DNA of 45,985 nucleotides from Thermoproteota archaeon (GTDB lineage: Archaea; Korarchaeota; Korarchaeia; Korarchaeales; Korarchaeaceae): the NCBI GenBank assembly GCA_027491735.1, contig JAOZGP010000038.1:1-45985 (forward strand), read 5' to 3'. How positions within the stretch are numbered: the stretch's first letter is position 1; each line of letters starts with the position of its first letter. Under the pieces are notes generated by a model. That model did not search any database. It saw only the letters and a list, made by a program, of their open reading frames with translations, and had not been told where the DNA came from. The position numbers and the translations under genes were made by a program. Shown one piece after another: positions 27,583-37,907 of the stretch.

Positions 27583-28866
27583 CTATATCACGCATTTGGC
27601 TATATCGACGCTGTACAGACACTCGTTACATGTGTTGGTGTTGCTGTAACAATCCAGCTCATTTGATTGGACGTACCAACAGTCTAGGGAGGAATATACA
27701 CAATCACCACACCAGGGGATGTTCCTTGGAAGATCCCTTCTCACTGACCTGAATCTCCTGTAGTTCTCTGAGTCCCAGATGTCACTTATCGATGATCTTC
27801 TCAGGTCCCCCATCACGACCTTATGGACCTCCTTCACATGGTTGTTGACTACCTCGTCGTGGGAATAGGCGAACTCCATACAAGGTACTACAAGACCGTC
27901 AGATCTTATGAAGACAGCCTCTCTCTCCATGTACCTACAGGAACGGTTCTTAGCATCAGGGAAGACTGACGGAAGATCTATAAGAACCCCGTACTCCTTC
28001 GCCTTCTTCCGACATGTTTCGAACAGCTTTTCGCATCTTCTGGCTAGAGATATCCTATCTTTTTGCGATAGAAGCAGGGGAAAGTTTATCCAGTATCCCC
28101 TCCTCACGGCCATATCCCATAACCCTCCGTACCTCTCGTAGTTGCTGAGTTCGTAGTCTGTGAAGTGCGACACGCCCAGCAACTCAACCACGGATCTGTA
28201 TATCACTTCCTCCGCTTCATCTGCCACCGACTCCAAGAGCTCCAAGGAGGGGCCGCTTATTCCGAGATAGCAGGCCGTCTTATATACTTCTCTATTGTAC
28301 GGGATCACATGCGTTACTGTTATGAAATCAACCCCTTCCTCTATCACTTGAGAGATAAGTTCTGGTAGCTCAGAGTAGTTCTCCTCGGTGACGACGACCT
28401 CTATCCCCACACTGGTGTCGAACTTTTTCTTAATCCTAAGCGCTGACAGGAGGTTCTTCCTTATCCTCCTTCCAGCAGCGCCCCTTCTGATTCTCTCAAG
28501 CTTGAATGGGTTGGGAGTATCTACAGAAAAGGAGATCGAGTTGAGCCCCAGCTGGAACAACCTCTCCACAGTTTCCTCATCAGTCATCGAGCCGTTGGTG
28601 CTCAGGAACATCTCCGCGTCACTAAATCTCCTCGAAGCCTCACGAACCATCCCAGCTAGCTCTGGATTGAGAAGAGGTTCTCCAAATCCGTAGAGGTCGA
28701 CTCTTTCGACAGAATCGACGCTCTCCACTGCTCTTCTGAATAAACTCAGCTCCATGTCTCTGAGCTTAGCTCTCCAATAATTCCTGATGCAGTAGGCACA
28801 TGAAAAGTTGCATCTGTTGGTGACTTCCAGCTGGAGCACCTTGGGCGGCATTGGACATACCTCCAA
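27583..28866 (-). CDS. Radical SAM/SPASM protein, probable tungsten-oxidoreductase maturase
   Basis: CNFSCAYC, GFGEPLL, SPASM-like VVPC..PWCGDC..C..DC..C.ECL; directly downstream of AOR. Confidence 0.82.
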   Translation of the reverse strand: MEVCPMPPKVLQLEVTNRCNFSCAYCIRNYWRAKLRDMELSLFRRAVESVDSVERVDLYGFGEPLLNPELAGMVREASRRFSDAEMFLSTNGSMTDEETVERLFQLGLNSISFSVDTPNPFKLERIRRGAAGRRIRKNLLSALRIKKKFDTSVGIEVVVTEENYSELPELISQVIEEGVDFITVTHVIPYNREVYKTACYLGISGPSLELLESVADEAEEVIYRSVVELLGVSHFTDYELSNYERYGGLWDMAVRRGYWINFPLLLSQKDRISLARRCEKLFETCRKKAKEYGVLIDLPSVFPDAKNRSCRYMEREAVFIRSDGLVVPCMEFAYSHDEVVNNHVKEVHKVVMGDLRRSSISDIWDSENYRRFRSVRRDLPRNIPWCGDCVYSSLDCWYVQSNELDCYSNTNTCNECLYSVDIAKCVI

Positions 28867-28940
28867 AATGGGAGTCTCCTCTCAAGGACTTAGTGATCAT
28901 CCTAAAATCTGTATAAAAAAGAAAAAAGTTGGTCCGTACT

Positions 28941-30785
28941 TCATATCTCTATTCCGAGCTCCTCCAACTTCTTCGGAGTCGGCTTTCCATCCATCCATCC
29001 TCTTAGCTCATAGTACTCCTCCTTCATCCTGTCTAGCTCTACCACTTGCCCCTTAGCAGGTCCGCTGGGCATGGGATCCTTGAGAAGTCTCTCGGGTAGT
29101 GTATCGTCCTTACCGTCGAAACCATACTTGTTGAGGATCACTCTCTCGAGGTTGTAGATCCTCTCTCCTATGGTCATGAGATCAGAAGCGCTCAGGTCCC
29201 AGCCGGTGACGGAGCTTATCAAGGAGGCGTAGTCGTCAGCTCCTAGAGCAAACGTTGTGAAGAGACAAGTAACAGCCGAGTTTACGACGCAAGTGAAGTC
29301 CTGGAACACCTTGACCCACTTCGCCTTACCGTCGGGAGTTAGAGGATCTATCTTCTCAGGCAAGCCTAGTATCTCCGGAGATATTGTGTATCCGGTGACA
29401 TGGCATCCTCCTCTGTTGGCCGTTGCGTAGTTTAGCCCTATTCCCTTCGCTCCTCTTGGATCGTAAGCAGGCATTTCTAGTCCTTTAACACTCATCGAGA
29501 GCTCTGGATGTCCATATATATCAGCTAGCCTCCTAGAGCCGAGAGCTAAGTACTTACCGAAGCCCGTTTTGAAAGCGGTTCTCCAAACACACTCCACAAG
29601 AGCGGCTGCATTTCCAAACTTGAGGTCTATCCCCTGAAGATCCTCCTCTGGTATATATCCCTTCTCCCTGAGCTCCATAGCGCATGCTATCGTGGACCCG
29701 AGTGATATAGGATCCATTCCGAGCTCGTCACATAAGTGATTCGCCTTTATCACTGCTCCCATGTCAAACACAGCTGTGTCATTGCCCAAAGCCCATACGG
29801 ACTCATACTCAGGTCCCTCAGAGTACATTACCTGGAAAGGACCTCTCTCAACCTTGGTCACCCTTCCACAGGCTATGACGCATCCCCAGCATGGTTTCTT
29901 CCTTATCAAATACTCCTTAGCCATGGTCTCCCCGCTTATCTTATCGGCATCTGGGTTGGTTCCGTCCTGCCAGTTCTTGAACGGAAGGATCCCGGAGTTG
30001 TTTATTATATTCACGAGAATAGCTGTTCCGTACGTCGGAAGGCCCTCTGCCGTGACTGAGTTCTTCCTGAGCTTATCCAAACAGGCCTTTGAGATCTCCC
30101 TGTACCTCTCCTCCTCAGCGATCTCCGGTTTCGAATTGCCCGACACAACTATGGCCTTGAGTTTCTTGGATCCCATAACAGCTCCCATACCGGTCCTTCC
30201 CGCGGCCCTGTGCTCATCATTTATTATGCACGCCATGTTGACCAGATGCTCTCCAGCAGGACCTATGCATGCCGTGCTGGTGAACTTGCCCCCAACTCTC
30301 TTGTTGAGTATTCTACAGGTGTCGAAGGTGTTCTTGCCCCAGAGATCTTCTGCACTCTTCAGATCAGCCTCTCCATCCACAATCGAGAGGTAGACAGGTT
30401 TCTCGCTTGCTCCCCTGATGATCACCATGTCGTATCCAGCAAACTTCAGGTAGGGTCCCCAGTTTCCTCCCGAGTTAGCGCTTCCTATGGATCCCGTTAG
30501 GGGAGACTTCAGCGCCATAACATGGTATCTCCCGGGAGATGGAGCTCCTACAACCCCTGTTAAAGGTCCAGTAGAAAATATCATTATGTTCTCAGGTCCA
30601 AGAGGATCTATGTCCCTAGGAGCTATCCCCTTGGCCTCGTACTCCTTCAGATACTGATACAAAAGATAGGTCGAATATCCCTTCCCACCTAGGTACTTCT
30701 TGGCGACCTCCTCGCAGACCGGGATATCCTTAAAGCCCCCTGTTGATAGATCCACCTCTAAGATCTTCCCTATAAAACCCTTCAT
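28941..30785 (-). CDS. aor: Tungsten aldehyde:ferredoxin oxidoreductase family protein
   Basis: Start MKGFIGKILEVDLS at 30785 (ORF-track extension overlaps tfx); KSPLTG, GRTGMGAVMGSK, CWGCVIAC, EGPEYE, DELGMD, YDPRG, RGGCH. Confidence 0.95.
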   Translation of the reverse strand: MKGFIGKILEVDLSTGGFKDIPVCEEVAKKYLGGKGYSTYLLYQYLKEYEAKGIAPRDIDPLGPENIMIFSTGPLTGVVGAPSPGRYHVMALKSPLTGSIGSANSGGNWGPYLKFAGYDMVIIRGASEKPVYLSIVDGEADLKSAEDLWGKNTFDTCRILNKRVGGKFTSTACIGPAGEHLVNMACIINDEHRAAGRTGMGAVMGSKKLKAIVVSGNSKPEIAEEERYREISKACLDKLRKNSVTAEGLPTYGTAILVNIINNSGILPFKNWQDGTNPDADKISGETMAKEYLIRKKPCWGCVIACGRVTKVERGPFQVMYSEGPEYESVWALGNDTAVFDMGAVIKANHLCDELGMDPISLGSTIACAMELREKGYIPEEDLQGIDLKFGNAAALVECVWRTAFKTGFGKYLALGSRRLADIYGHPELSMSVKGLEMPAYDPRGAKGIGLNYATANRGGCHVTGYTISPEILGLPEKIDPLTPDGKAKWVKVFQDFTCVVNSAVTCLFTTFALGADDYASLISSVTGWDLSASDLMTIGERIYNLERVILNKYGFDGKDDTLPERLLKDPMPSGPAKGQVVELDRMKEEYYELRGWMDGKPTPKKLEELGIEI

Positions 30786-30921
30786 TGAGATCCCTCTTTG
30801 TCTACAGCGGAAAGATATAGATATAAAGTTTGAATATAACAAGATTATTGTAAAAGAGGGTCTCGTAGTACACGAAAGTTCGATCACTATTTTAAGTAAA
30901 TGGCGACTGACTTCTGCGGGA

Positions 30922-31344
30922 ATGTCGAGAAAGAAGTTTGGATCGACGTTTTTAACTGAAGAGCAGGTCCGCGTGCTTCGACTGAGAGCTAAGGGGTACA
31001 GCGGAGATAAGATAGCCAAAGAGTTGGGGATGACCAGGTCCAACGCTTATGCTATCCTGAGGAGCGCTTTGAGGAACATCAACAGAGCAAAGAGAACTCT
31101 GGAGCTCTATATGGAGATCTTCTCCTCAGTGATTGTGGAGATCAGGGAGGGGACCAAGCTTCTCGAGGTACCGCCCATTGTGTACAGAACCGCCGATGAG
31201 TATGGAATAAAGGTCGGAATGAAGAGCGCCGAGCTTGTTGCCTTTCTGGAGAGGAGCACATCAGATCTCTTTGAGAACGGAGGGGCCGTGAAAAGCTTTA
31301 AACTTAAGCTCAGGAGAGATGGACGAATTGAGGTGGAGGAATAG
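30922..31344 (+). CDS. Tfx family DNA-binding protein
   Basis: TFLTEEQVRVLRLR..G....IA..LG.TRSN...I..SA..NI.RAKRTL; divergent from aor; start ATG 30922. Confidence 0.88.
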   Translation: MSRKKFGSTFLTEEQVRVLRLRAKGYSGDKIAKELGMTRSNAYAILRSALRNINRAKRTLELYMEIFSSVIVEIREGTKLLEVPPIVYRTADEYGIKVGMKSAELVAFLERSTSDLFENGGAVKSFKLKLRRDGRIEVEE

Positions 31345-31364
31345 TCGCTGGAAGAGGGATCTCA

Positions 31365-32210
31365 TTGAGGCTCCTCGGCGTTGATGTCGGCGGGACGTTT
31401 GTGAAATGGTGGACCTTGTCGGGGGAGAGAGGAAAAGCTCCATCTAGAGGATTAGACCTGAGAGGTTTGATGGGCATTGTGCGGGATCTGATCGACAGGA
31501 TCAATCCCGACTCCTGGGGACTGGCTATCGCCGGTCTTGTGGACAGAGAAGGATTTGTTTGGAAGGCTCCCAACTTGAAAATCCTGGAAGGAGTTCGCAT
31601 TCTGGACCATCTGAACCCAGACATCGTAGTCAACGACGCTACAGCAGCTGTCTACGGTGAGTACAGGATGGGAGCCGGAAGGGAGGGAAGGGTGGTCCTC
31701 ATGCTGACCTTGGGGACCGGCGTCGGTGGCGGTCTGGTTGTGGACGGCAGGATATTCGATGGGACCAACGGAACTGGCCTGGAGCCCGGGCACATGATCA
31801 TAGTCCCAGACGGAGAACCCTGCAATTGCGGGAGAAGGGGATGCCTGGAGGCATACTTCTCATCCTATGCTATTGAAAGGGAGTACAGAAGGATCTCTGG
31901 TGAGAGCTTGAAGATACCAGAGATCTCAAGAAGGTACATATCTGGAGAGGAGAAAGCGAGGAGAGTTGTGGAGAGATCCATAGGGCACCTCCACCTAGGC
32001 GTGCTGAACCTAGTCACTGTGCTTAATCCGGACGTCCTGATCTTGGGAGGAGGACTCATAAGAGACATACCAGATCTGGTGGATAGGCTGCGCTCCATGT
32101 TGAGTAAATCCCTCTTTACTCCTCACAGACTGATTATCAGGGAGGCAGAACTCGGGGAGTTCTCAGGAGCCTGTGGAGCCTGTCTGCTAGCGGCCTCTGG
32201 AACAAGGTAG
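31365..32210 (+). CDS. ROK family sugar kinase (probable glucokinase)
   Basis: DVGGT, NDA, LGTGVGGG, E.GH, CNCGRRGCLEAY; no N-terminal HTH. Confidence 0.9.
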   Translation: MRLLGVDVGGTFVKWWTLSGERGKAPSRGLDLRGLMGIVRDLIDRINPDSWGLAIAGLVDREGFVWKAPNLKILEGVRILDHLNPDIVVNDATAAVYGEYRMGAGREGRVVLMLTLGTGVGGGLVVDGRIFDGTNGTGLEPGHMIIVPDGEPCNCGRRGCLEAYFSSYAIEREYRRISGESLKIPEISRRYISGEEKARRVVERSIGHLHLGVLNLVTVLNPDVLILGGGLIRDIPDLVDRLRSMLSKSLFTPHRLIIREAELGEFSGACGACLLAASGTR

Positions 32211-32242
32211 GTTTATACTTAATCGAGTTGTTCGAGAACACG

Positions 32243-32962
32243 ATGGCTATGACCGAGCTTCTCTATATGGATGACTCCTACCTTAGAGAGTTCAGGGCCC
32301 AGGTCGTCAGGGTTGGTGGAGACAAGGTTTTTCTCGACAGAACGGCCTTTTACCCTGTGGGGGGAGGTCTTCCGTCCGATACTGGAATCCTAATATCTGA
32401 AAACAGGGAATTCAGAGTTAAGGAAGTCAGAAAAGACAGATCGAGCGGCGAAGTCTTCCATCTAGCGCCAGGACATGAGCTGATGGAAGGAGATCCTGTG
32501 ATGGGGAAGATAGATTGGGAGAGGAGATACAGGATCATGAGAATGCACACAGCCCTTCACGCTCTGATAGCTGTCCTAAACTCGAAATACGGGGTTTTGG
32601 TCACTGGAAATCAGGTTGGCCTGGAGAGAAGCAGAGTGGACGTCAATCTGGAGAGACCGGATAGAGAGATCGTCAAGGCAGCCATCGACGAGACCAACGA
32701 CATCATGGCCAAAGGAATTCCTGTGAAGATATACTACCTCCCCAGAGAGGAAGCCATGAGGATCTCTGGGATAGTCAAGCTAGCCAAAGCGCTCCCTCCA
32801 AACATCGAGAAGTTGAGAATAGTGGAGATAGAGGGCGTCGACATACAGGCTGATGGAGGACCTCATGTGGCGAACACGAGGGAGATCGGCAGGGTGGTTT
32901 TTCTCAAGCTTGAGAACAAAGGAAGGAACAACAGGAGGATACACTTCACTTTAGAGAAATGA
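32243..32962 (+). CDS. alaX: AlaX-type misacylated tRNA(Ala) editing protein
   Basis: LY..DSY, FYPVGGG...DTG, RMHTALH, QADGGPHV. Confidence 0.9.
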   Translation: MAMTELLYMDDSYLREFRAQVVRVGGDKVFLDRTAFYPVGGGLPSDTGILISENREFRVKEVRKDRSSGEVFHLAPGHELMEGDPVMGKIDWERRYRIMRMHTALHALIAVLNSKYGVLVTGNQVGLERSRVDVNLERPDREIVKAAIDETNDIMAKGIPVKIYYLPREEAMRISGIVKLAKALPPNIEKLRIVEIEGVDIQADGGPHVANTREIGRVVFLKLENKGRNNRRIHFTLEK

Positions 32963-33019
32963 AGGAGGCCTCTCTCTATAGGATTCGGTGATGTGGTTCG
33001 ATGTCTTCTATGTTGGAGG

Positions 33020-33387
33020 ATCTGTGAGATAGGTCAACCTTCTCGTGACGGGTGTCAGTGACCGGGAGGAATCCATAAGATATGTTGTTGAGAACCACCT
33101 GAAGTACCTCGGTCCAGACGTACCTCTCCACTTCACCAGGTACTTTTCAGCATACAGATTTGAGGCTAGGCCAACTAGCTTAGAGGTTCTCAACGGAGCC
33201 GTTGCGATAGCGAGGCGGGATGGGATACGTGTATGTGGGAAACGTGCCAGGACATAGAAGTGAGAACACCTTCTGTCCTAGATGTGGCGCTCTACTGGTC
33301 AGGAGAAGATCTTGGATTGTCTTGGAGAACAGGATCTCTGGAGGAAAGTGCCCTGAGTGTGGTAAGGAGATCTACGGGATCTGGTGA
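33020..33387 (+). pseudogene. C-terminal remnant of an AmmeMemoRadiSam/PFL-activating-like radical SAM enzyme
   Basis: NLLVTG..LGPDVPLHFTRYF..Y, frameshift near 33225 into YVYVGNVPGHRSENTFCPRCG...KCPECG.EIYGIW*; no CxxxCxxC N-terminus present. Confidence 0.8.
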
Positions 33388-33391
33388 GAAA

Positions 33392-34624
33392 TCATGAGAT
33401 CGTCTCTACAGCGATCACCTCATCCAGATCCACAGCTCCATTGCTGTTCAGATCTACCCATTTCACCAGGACAAATCTGGCCACGGGACGCGCCTCCACC
33501 AGGTAGAAAAGAGCTGCTCTAGTCCCGTACCGATGAGTTCCGACCACGTACAGATTGCCACCCCTGAGAAGGATAACTCCATAGTCTACTCTCCTCCATG
33601 TGCTGTTATAAAAGGTCCCGTTGATGCCCATCCAGTCCCTGCCGAAGGATATTCCCGCCAAGGCCAGATCTTTTCTGACGAAGGGATTCACCTTAGGTCC
33701 TCCGACGAAGAGGTTGTGCTCACCAGGGCCTGTGCTTATCCCGGCTCCCTTTATGCACAGAGAGATGGAGTCCACGTCCGGCTGGGACGTCGCAACGATC
33801 GTGTAGGATGTGTTCAGAAAGGCAGAGATATTCCTTACTGGAGGCCTCTTTTCGATCTTCTTTTCTCTTTCCATCTTATTCTTGACTGTCTGGTTCCATC
33901 CAGGGAAGACCACAATTCTCCCGTTCTCGTAGATGTAGGAGGATATATTTCCGTTGAACCACGGGAAGATCTCCTTGGACCATATATACGCATAATCAAG
34001 GCCTGTGGTGCTGTTATTGTAAAAAATCACTAGTTTATCTTTTATGGGATAACGAGTGTAGTTGAGCCTTCCTTCCGGACTAAAATCGTACTTATCAGCT
34101 AAATAATCGAGCATAGCGCTCCTGGGAAATAGATTTCTGTCATAAGAGAGGCTAGTCGTTATGTTCACGAGTATTATCCCTCTCTCTCCCATTGGAATCC
34201 AGTTCTTGCTTGATGTAGTCTCTATCACGAAGTAGGGAACTCCAGCGTGTGATCCACCTCTTATCATGGAATCGCCAACAATAAGAACTCGATAGCTCCC
34301 ACCCATCTGCTTATTGGTTCCATCAAAGATGAAGTCTCCTCCCATCGACGAGATGTTGAGGATCGCCACAGTTCTTCCATCCGGGGTCAGCAACCTTGCT
34401 AGAATCCTGTCATAGCTGTGATGTGCATCTCTGAAGAGCACATTATCCACATACAGGTAGAACCCCAACCATGGTATCCTGTAGAGGCACCCCTTTTTCA
34501 TTTCTATGAGCCCTGTCTGGAGGTAAAATCCATCTGAGAACTGAACTATGGGAGAGGCACTGACGAGAATCGTGCTAGTCACCAGGAGAGCTACCAAGAT
34601 CAGAAGGGTACATGAAGCTCTCAT
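33392..34624 (-). CDS. Secreted/cell-surface protein with S-layer-like C-terminal domain
   Basis: Signal peptide MRASCTLLILVALLVTSTILVSA, many N-x-S/T sequons, VGGPKVNP..DYGVI..GTHRYGTRAA, terminal DLNSNGAVD motif. Confidence 0.65.
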   Translation of the reverse strand: MRASCTLLILVALLVTSTILVSASPIVQFSDGFYLQTGLIEMKKGCLYRIPWLGFYLYVDNVLFRDAHHSYDRILARLLTPDGRTVAILNISSMGGDFIFDGTNKQMGGSYRVLIVGDSMIRGGSHAGVPYFVIETTSSKNWIPMGERGIILVNITTSLSYDRNLFPRSAMLDYLADKYDFSPEGRLNYTRYPIKDKLVIFYNNSTTGLDYAYIWSKEIFPWFNGNISSYIYENGRIVVFPGWNQTVKNKMEREKKIEKRPPVRNISAFLNTSYTIVATSQPDVDSISLCIKGAGISTGPGEHNLFVGGPKVNPFVRKDLALAGISFGRDWMGINGTFYNSTWRRVDYGVILLRGGNLYVVGTHRYGTRAALFYLVEARPVARFVLVKWVDLNSNGAVDLDEVIAVETIS

Positions 34625-34689
34625 TCGATCTCCTGAGCGTAGTTGTGGTCCTGAGGATATATTTATTTCGCTGGAGGCGAAGGGGGTGG

Positions 34690-35910
34690 TCAAGTCCTAA
34701 TGCTCGAGATGAAGCTCCTTATCCTGCTCACCCCCTCCTCTATATAGCTCACGTCCTCCACGGAAGGAGCGAAGGACAGTCTTATCCATCCCTCCATGCC
34801 GAAATCCACTCCAGGGGCCAAGGCCACCTGCCACTCGTTGAGGAGCCTTGACACGAACTCCTTGGAGGATGGCATAACCGAAGATGCATCGAAGAACACG
34901 TAGAATCCTCCTCTTGGCTCAAGTATCCTCAGATGGGAGATCTCCTTCATCAACTCGGCAGTCCTTCTCGCCACTGCGCCGTACTTCTTGGGAGTCTCAT
35001 CCCTTATGAATCTCCTGATTTCCTTTATTCTCTCCTCGCTCTGTAAAGCTTTCACGAGAACTCTCTGAGGCAGCCTAGGTGGAGTTAAAATTCTTCCCTG
35101 CTCTACTGTCTCCAAAGCCCTTATCACCTCCTTATCAGCGATCACATGTCCAAGCCTCCAACCAGGGACTCTCAGCTCCTTTGATAGGGTCAGGAGAAGG
35201 ATCTGATTCTCCTCCCTATCCCCAGAGATGTATCTGGGCTCAGCTAGGTAGTGAAACGCCCTATAAGCTTCATCCAGAACAACATAAGCTTCTCTCTCTG
35301 CCGCTATCTCTGTGACTGCTTTCACGGTCTCATCGTCCATAACTTGGCTGTCTGGATTGCCAGGTGTGGTTACGAGAATAAGCTTTGTCTTCTCGGTTAT
35401 CATTTCATTTAGTTCCTCAAGATCTGGTTCAAACTCATCACCTTTTATCAGATTCCACCTTTTGATTCTCACTCCTCCGACCTCTATCTCAAGCTGCCTT
35501 GTGTAGTTCAGGTAGCACGGTCTAGTGAGGACCACCTCATCACCCGGGTCGAGAAAGACCTTGAATATCGCTGATGTCAGGTCTGTGCTACCTGATCCGG
35601 ATATCACCTCATCTTCTGAGAGGTTTTTACCAAAAAGCTCTCTTTCGTAAACTCTTAAGACCTCCAGGTAATCTGGGTCTCCTCTTGTGGGAGAATACCT
35701 GGCGCTCAGCTTCAGATCCTTCTCGTTCAGCTCTGCAAAGGCCTCGAGCACAGGTCTGGGCGGCGAGTCCTGAGGCCATCCTCCTCCCAGGTAGATCAGC
35801 CTTCGGGGATATTTCTCAGGATGCTTTTCGAAATCAGCAACGAGGTTCATTATCTCTCTTATCGAGCTCGGTCTGCTCAGAGCATACTCAGCAATAGAGG
35901 AAAACCTCAT
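34690..35910 (-). CDS. PLP-dependent aminotransferase class I/II
   Basis: PGNP, LDEAY, TLSK....PGWRLG, GGFY, IRLSFA. Confidence 0.92.
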   Translation of the reverse strand: MRFSSIAEYALSRPSSIREIMNLVADFEKHPEKYPRRLIYLGGGWPQDSPPRPVLEAFAELNEKDLKLSARYSPTRGDPDYLEVLRVYERELFGKNLSEDEVISGSGSTDLTSAIFKVFLDPGDEVVLTRPCYLNYTRQLEIEVGGVRIKRWNLIKGDEFEPDLEELNEMITEKTKLILVTTPGNPDSQVMDDETVKAVTEIAAEREAYVVLDEAYRAFHYLAEPRYISGDREENQILLLTLSKELRVPGWRLGHVIADKEVIRALETVEQGRILTPPRLPQRVLVKALQSEERIKEIRRFIRDETPKKYGAVARRTAELMKEISHLRILEPRGGFYVFFDASSVMPSSKEFVSRLLNEWQVALAPGVDFGMEGWIRLSFAPSVEDVSYIEEGVSRIRSFISSIRT

Positions 35911-35940
35911 ACTCTCACCAGGGAGTCTGGAGAAGAGATC

Positions 35941-36609
35941 TTAAAAAGGTAATACGTCTGAAGGATTTCTGAGAAACTCACGAATTCTCGGATCCTCTAC
36001 AATATCCTTCAGAGACTTCTTGATCACAAGCTCATCGGCAGCTCGTGGAGGAGGAACTCGTGAGTACATAGGATTCTCGAGAACTCCTGAGGTTGTCAGA
36101 TACACAGCCGCCCCCCTCAACCTCCTGAACAGGGTGTAATCCCCCCTGACAAGTTTATAGACTAAGTTTGCGTAGATGAGGGTCCCTCCTCCAGGATTTA
36201 CTGTCACGTGACCGTAACCTGGCGGAACCAATAAGGACTCTCCCTCATGAACCTCAATTACTATTAGGTCCTCTATCTCCGGAGATTCTGGTTTCTGAAG
36301 CACGAACATAGCCTTTCCAGATAAGACCTCATAGATCTCAGGATAAGGTCTTCCGTTCAATGCTCTGTTGTGGTAGTGCCCGAAGGTTTTGACGTGTTCC
36401 CTGCCTAATCTCCTGTAAGGAAGGACTGTGATGTCGTAGCGCAGATCTTCATAGGTTCTGACTCCTCGGTACATGTAGTAAGCTATCTCCCCGTTCATCG
36501 ACCTCTCAACAGGTTCCATCATGACCGGCTGGAGTTCTCTTAAATATCTTAAAGAGGGTTTTACATTCCCGACCAGAAGCTCCTCAACTCCAAGCTCGAA
36601 ATGGTCCAT
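35941..36609 (-). CDS. Cupin-type (archaeal) glucose-6-phosphate isomerase
   Basis: LRYDITV, KTFGHYH, YPEIYEVL.G, VPPGYGHVTVN. Confidence 0.87.
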   Translation of the reverse strand: MDHFELGVEELLVGNVKPSLRYLRELQPVMMEPVERSMNGEIAYYMYRGVRTYEDLRYDITVLPYRRLGREHVKTFGHYHNRALNGRPYPEIYEVLSGKAMFVLQKPESPEIEDLIVIEVHEGESLLVPPGYGHVTVNPGGGTLIYANLVYKLVRGDYTLFRRLRGAAVYLTTSGVLENPMYSRVPPPRAADELVIKKSLKDIVEDPRIREFLRNPSDVLPF

Positions 36610-36781
36610 CTAAATCATCGGATCTGAAGGGGGAGGATCCCTAAAAAATTTCTCTTAGAGCGAAAGATTGGTCTGCATCCCGTGAAGGACGCCCATGGAC
36701 TCAGCACTTCTCGGATTTCTCAGGCTTCACTGGTAAAAGTTTTTTTAACTGTTATAACTAAACTTAATCGGTGAACTTATA

Positions 36782-37867
36782 ATGAGGTTCAAGATCCTTA
36801 TGGGGATCTTGCTGGTGGTGGTGATCGCGGTAGGAGCGTTCTTTACCATCAGCACCCGTAAGATCAGTGAAAGACGGGTTCTCATTGTCTATACATATGA
36901 AAGCCTGCTCAAATGGGGAAAGAATCCGAACAAGACCTTAGAAGCTGTTTTTGGAGGATTTGAGAGTAAATACGGATGCAAAGTGGAGGTCAGAAAGTTC
37001 AGCGACGCAAGGGCAGCTCTGCTGGCAGTGATAAACGAGAAGAACAACCCGAGGGCGGATGTGATAATAGGCCTGGACAACGTTCTAGTTCAGGAGGCCA
37101 TAAGAGAGGGTGTGATCGAGGTGTACAGGCCTTCGAACATAGAGGAAATACCAAAGTGGCTAATAAACTCACTGGACCCGACTCTTCACTCGGTTCCCTA
37201 CGACTACGGGCTCATAGCCTTGGTCTACGATTCGAAGAGGGTCAGTGCTGAGAAAATGGAGGAACTCACCTTGGACAGACTGGCCTCCATGTCCGACAAG
37301 CTCGTGACTGAGAACCCGTCCATAAGCAGCACAGGCCTGAACTTCCTGTTGTGGGAGATGGCGTTGTCCAAGCTTGAGGGTAGGAGCTGGACATCTTGGT
37401 GGTCTTCTGTCAAAGGCAGGGTGCTGATCGCCAAAGGATGGGGAGATGCATACAACATATTCCTGGATGAAAAACAGGGAAGGCCTATAGTTGTCAGCTA
37501 CGGAACAGACCCCGCCTACTCCGTCTATTTCTATAACGACACCAGGTACAGAGCAACCCTTCTTACCTACAATGGTGAGAAGTACGGCTGGTTGCAGGTA
37601 GAGGGGATATCAATCGTCAGAGGAGCTCCACACAAGGACCTGGCCAGGAAGTTCGTTGAGTACTTTATCAGTCCCAGCGTGCAGAAGTACATACCACTCA
37701 ACAACTGGATGTATCCAGCGAACAGCAAAGTAGGGCTGCCAGAGGTCTACAAGAAGTACGCCTTAGATCCAACGAAGATAAAGCTGGCAAATGAGCTCAT
37801 ACCAGTCGACATGATCCACAAGAACCTCAGGTCCTGGTTGGATGTATGGCGCAGAGTGATGAGCTGA
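36782..37867 (+). CDS. thiB: Thiamine-type ABC transporter substrate-binding protein
   Basis: N-terminal anchor, VYTYES, ADVIIGLDN, SSTGL.FL, VSYGTDPAY, Q..IPLNNWMYP. Confidence 0.82.
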   Translation: MRFKILMGILLVVVIAVGAFFTISTRKISERRVLIVYTYESLLKWGKNPNKTLEAVFGGFESKYGCKVEVRKFSDARAALLAVINEKNNPRADVIIGLDNVLVQEAIREGVIEVYRPSNIEEIPKWLINSLDPTLHSVPYDYGLIALVYDSKRVSAEKMEELTLDRLASMSDKLVTENPSISSTGLNFLLWEMALSKLEGRSWTSWWSSVKGRVLIAKGWGDAYNIFLDEKQGRPIVVSYGTDPAYSVYFYNDTRYRATLLTYNGEKYGWLQVEGISIVRGAPHKDLARKFVEYFISPSVQKYIPLNNWMYPANSKVGLPEVYKKYALDPTKIKLANELIPVDMIHKNLRSWLDVWRRVMS

Positions 37868-37907
37868 GTTTTTATCCTCTCATTTTTGAACCGGTGAGGA
37901 GGAAGCT

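Noticed and set aside
30786-31043. N-terminal extensions of the AOR (700 aa) and Tfx (214 aa) ORFs implying a long antisense overlap
   Set aside because: Family homology begins at 30785 (aor) and 30922 (tfx); the extensions are ORF-caller artefacts.
36610-36781. TPP riboswitch or ThiR operator upstream of the thiamine ABC operon
   Set aside because: No TPP aptamer consensus seen; only a short GTTATAAC palindrome (36751-36758), insufficient to call an operator.
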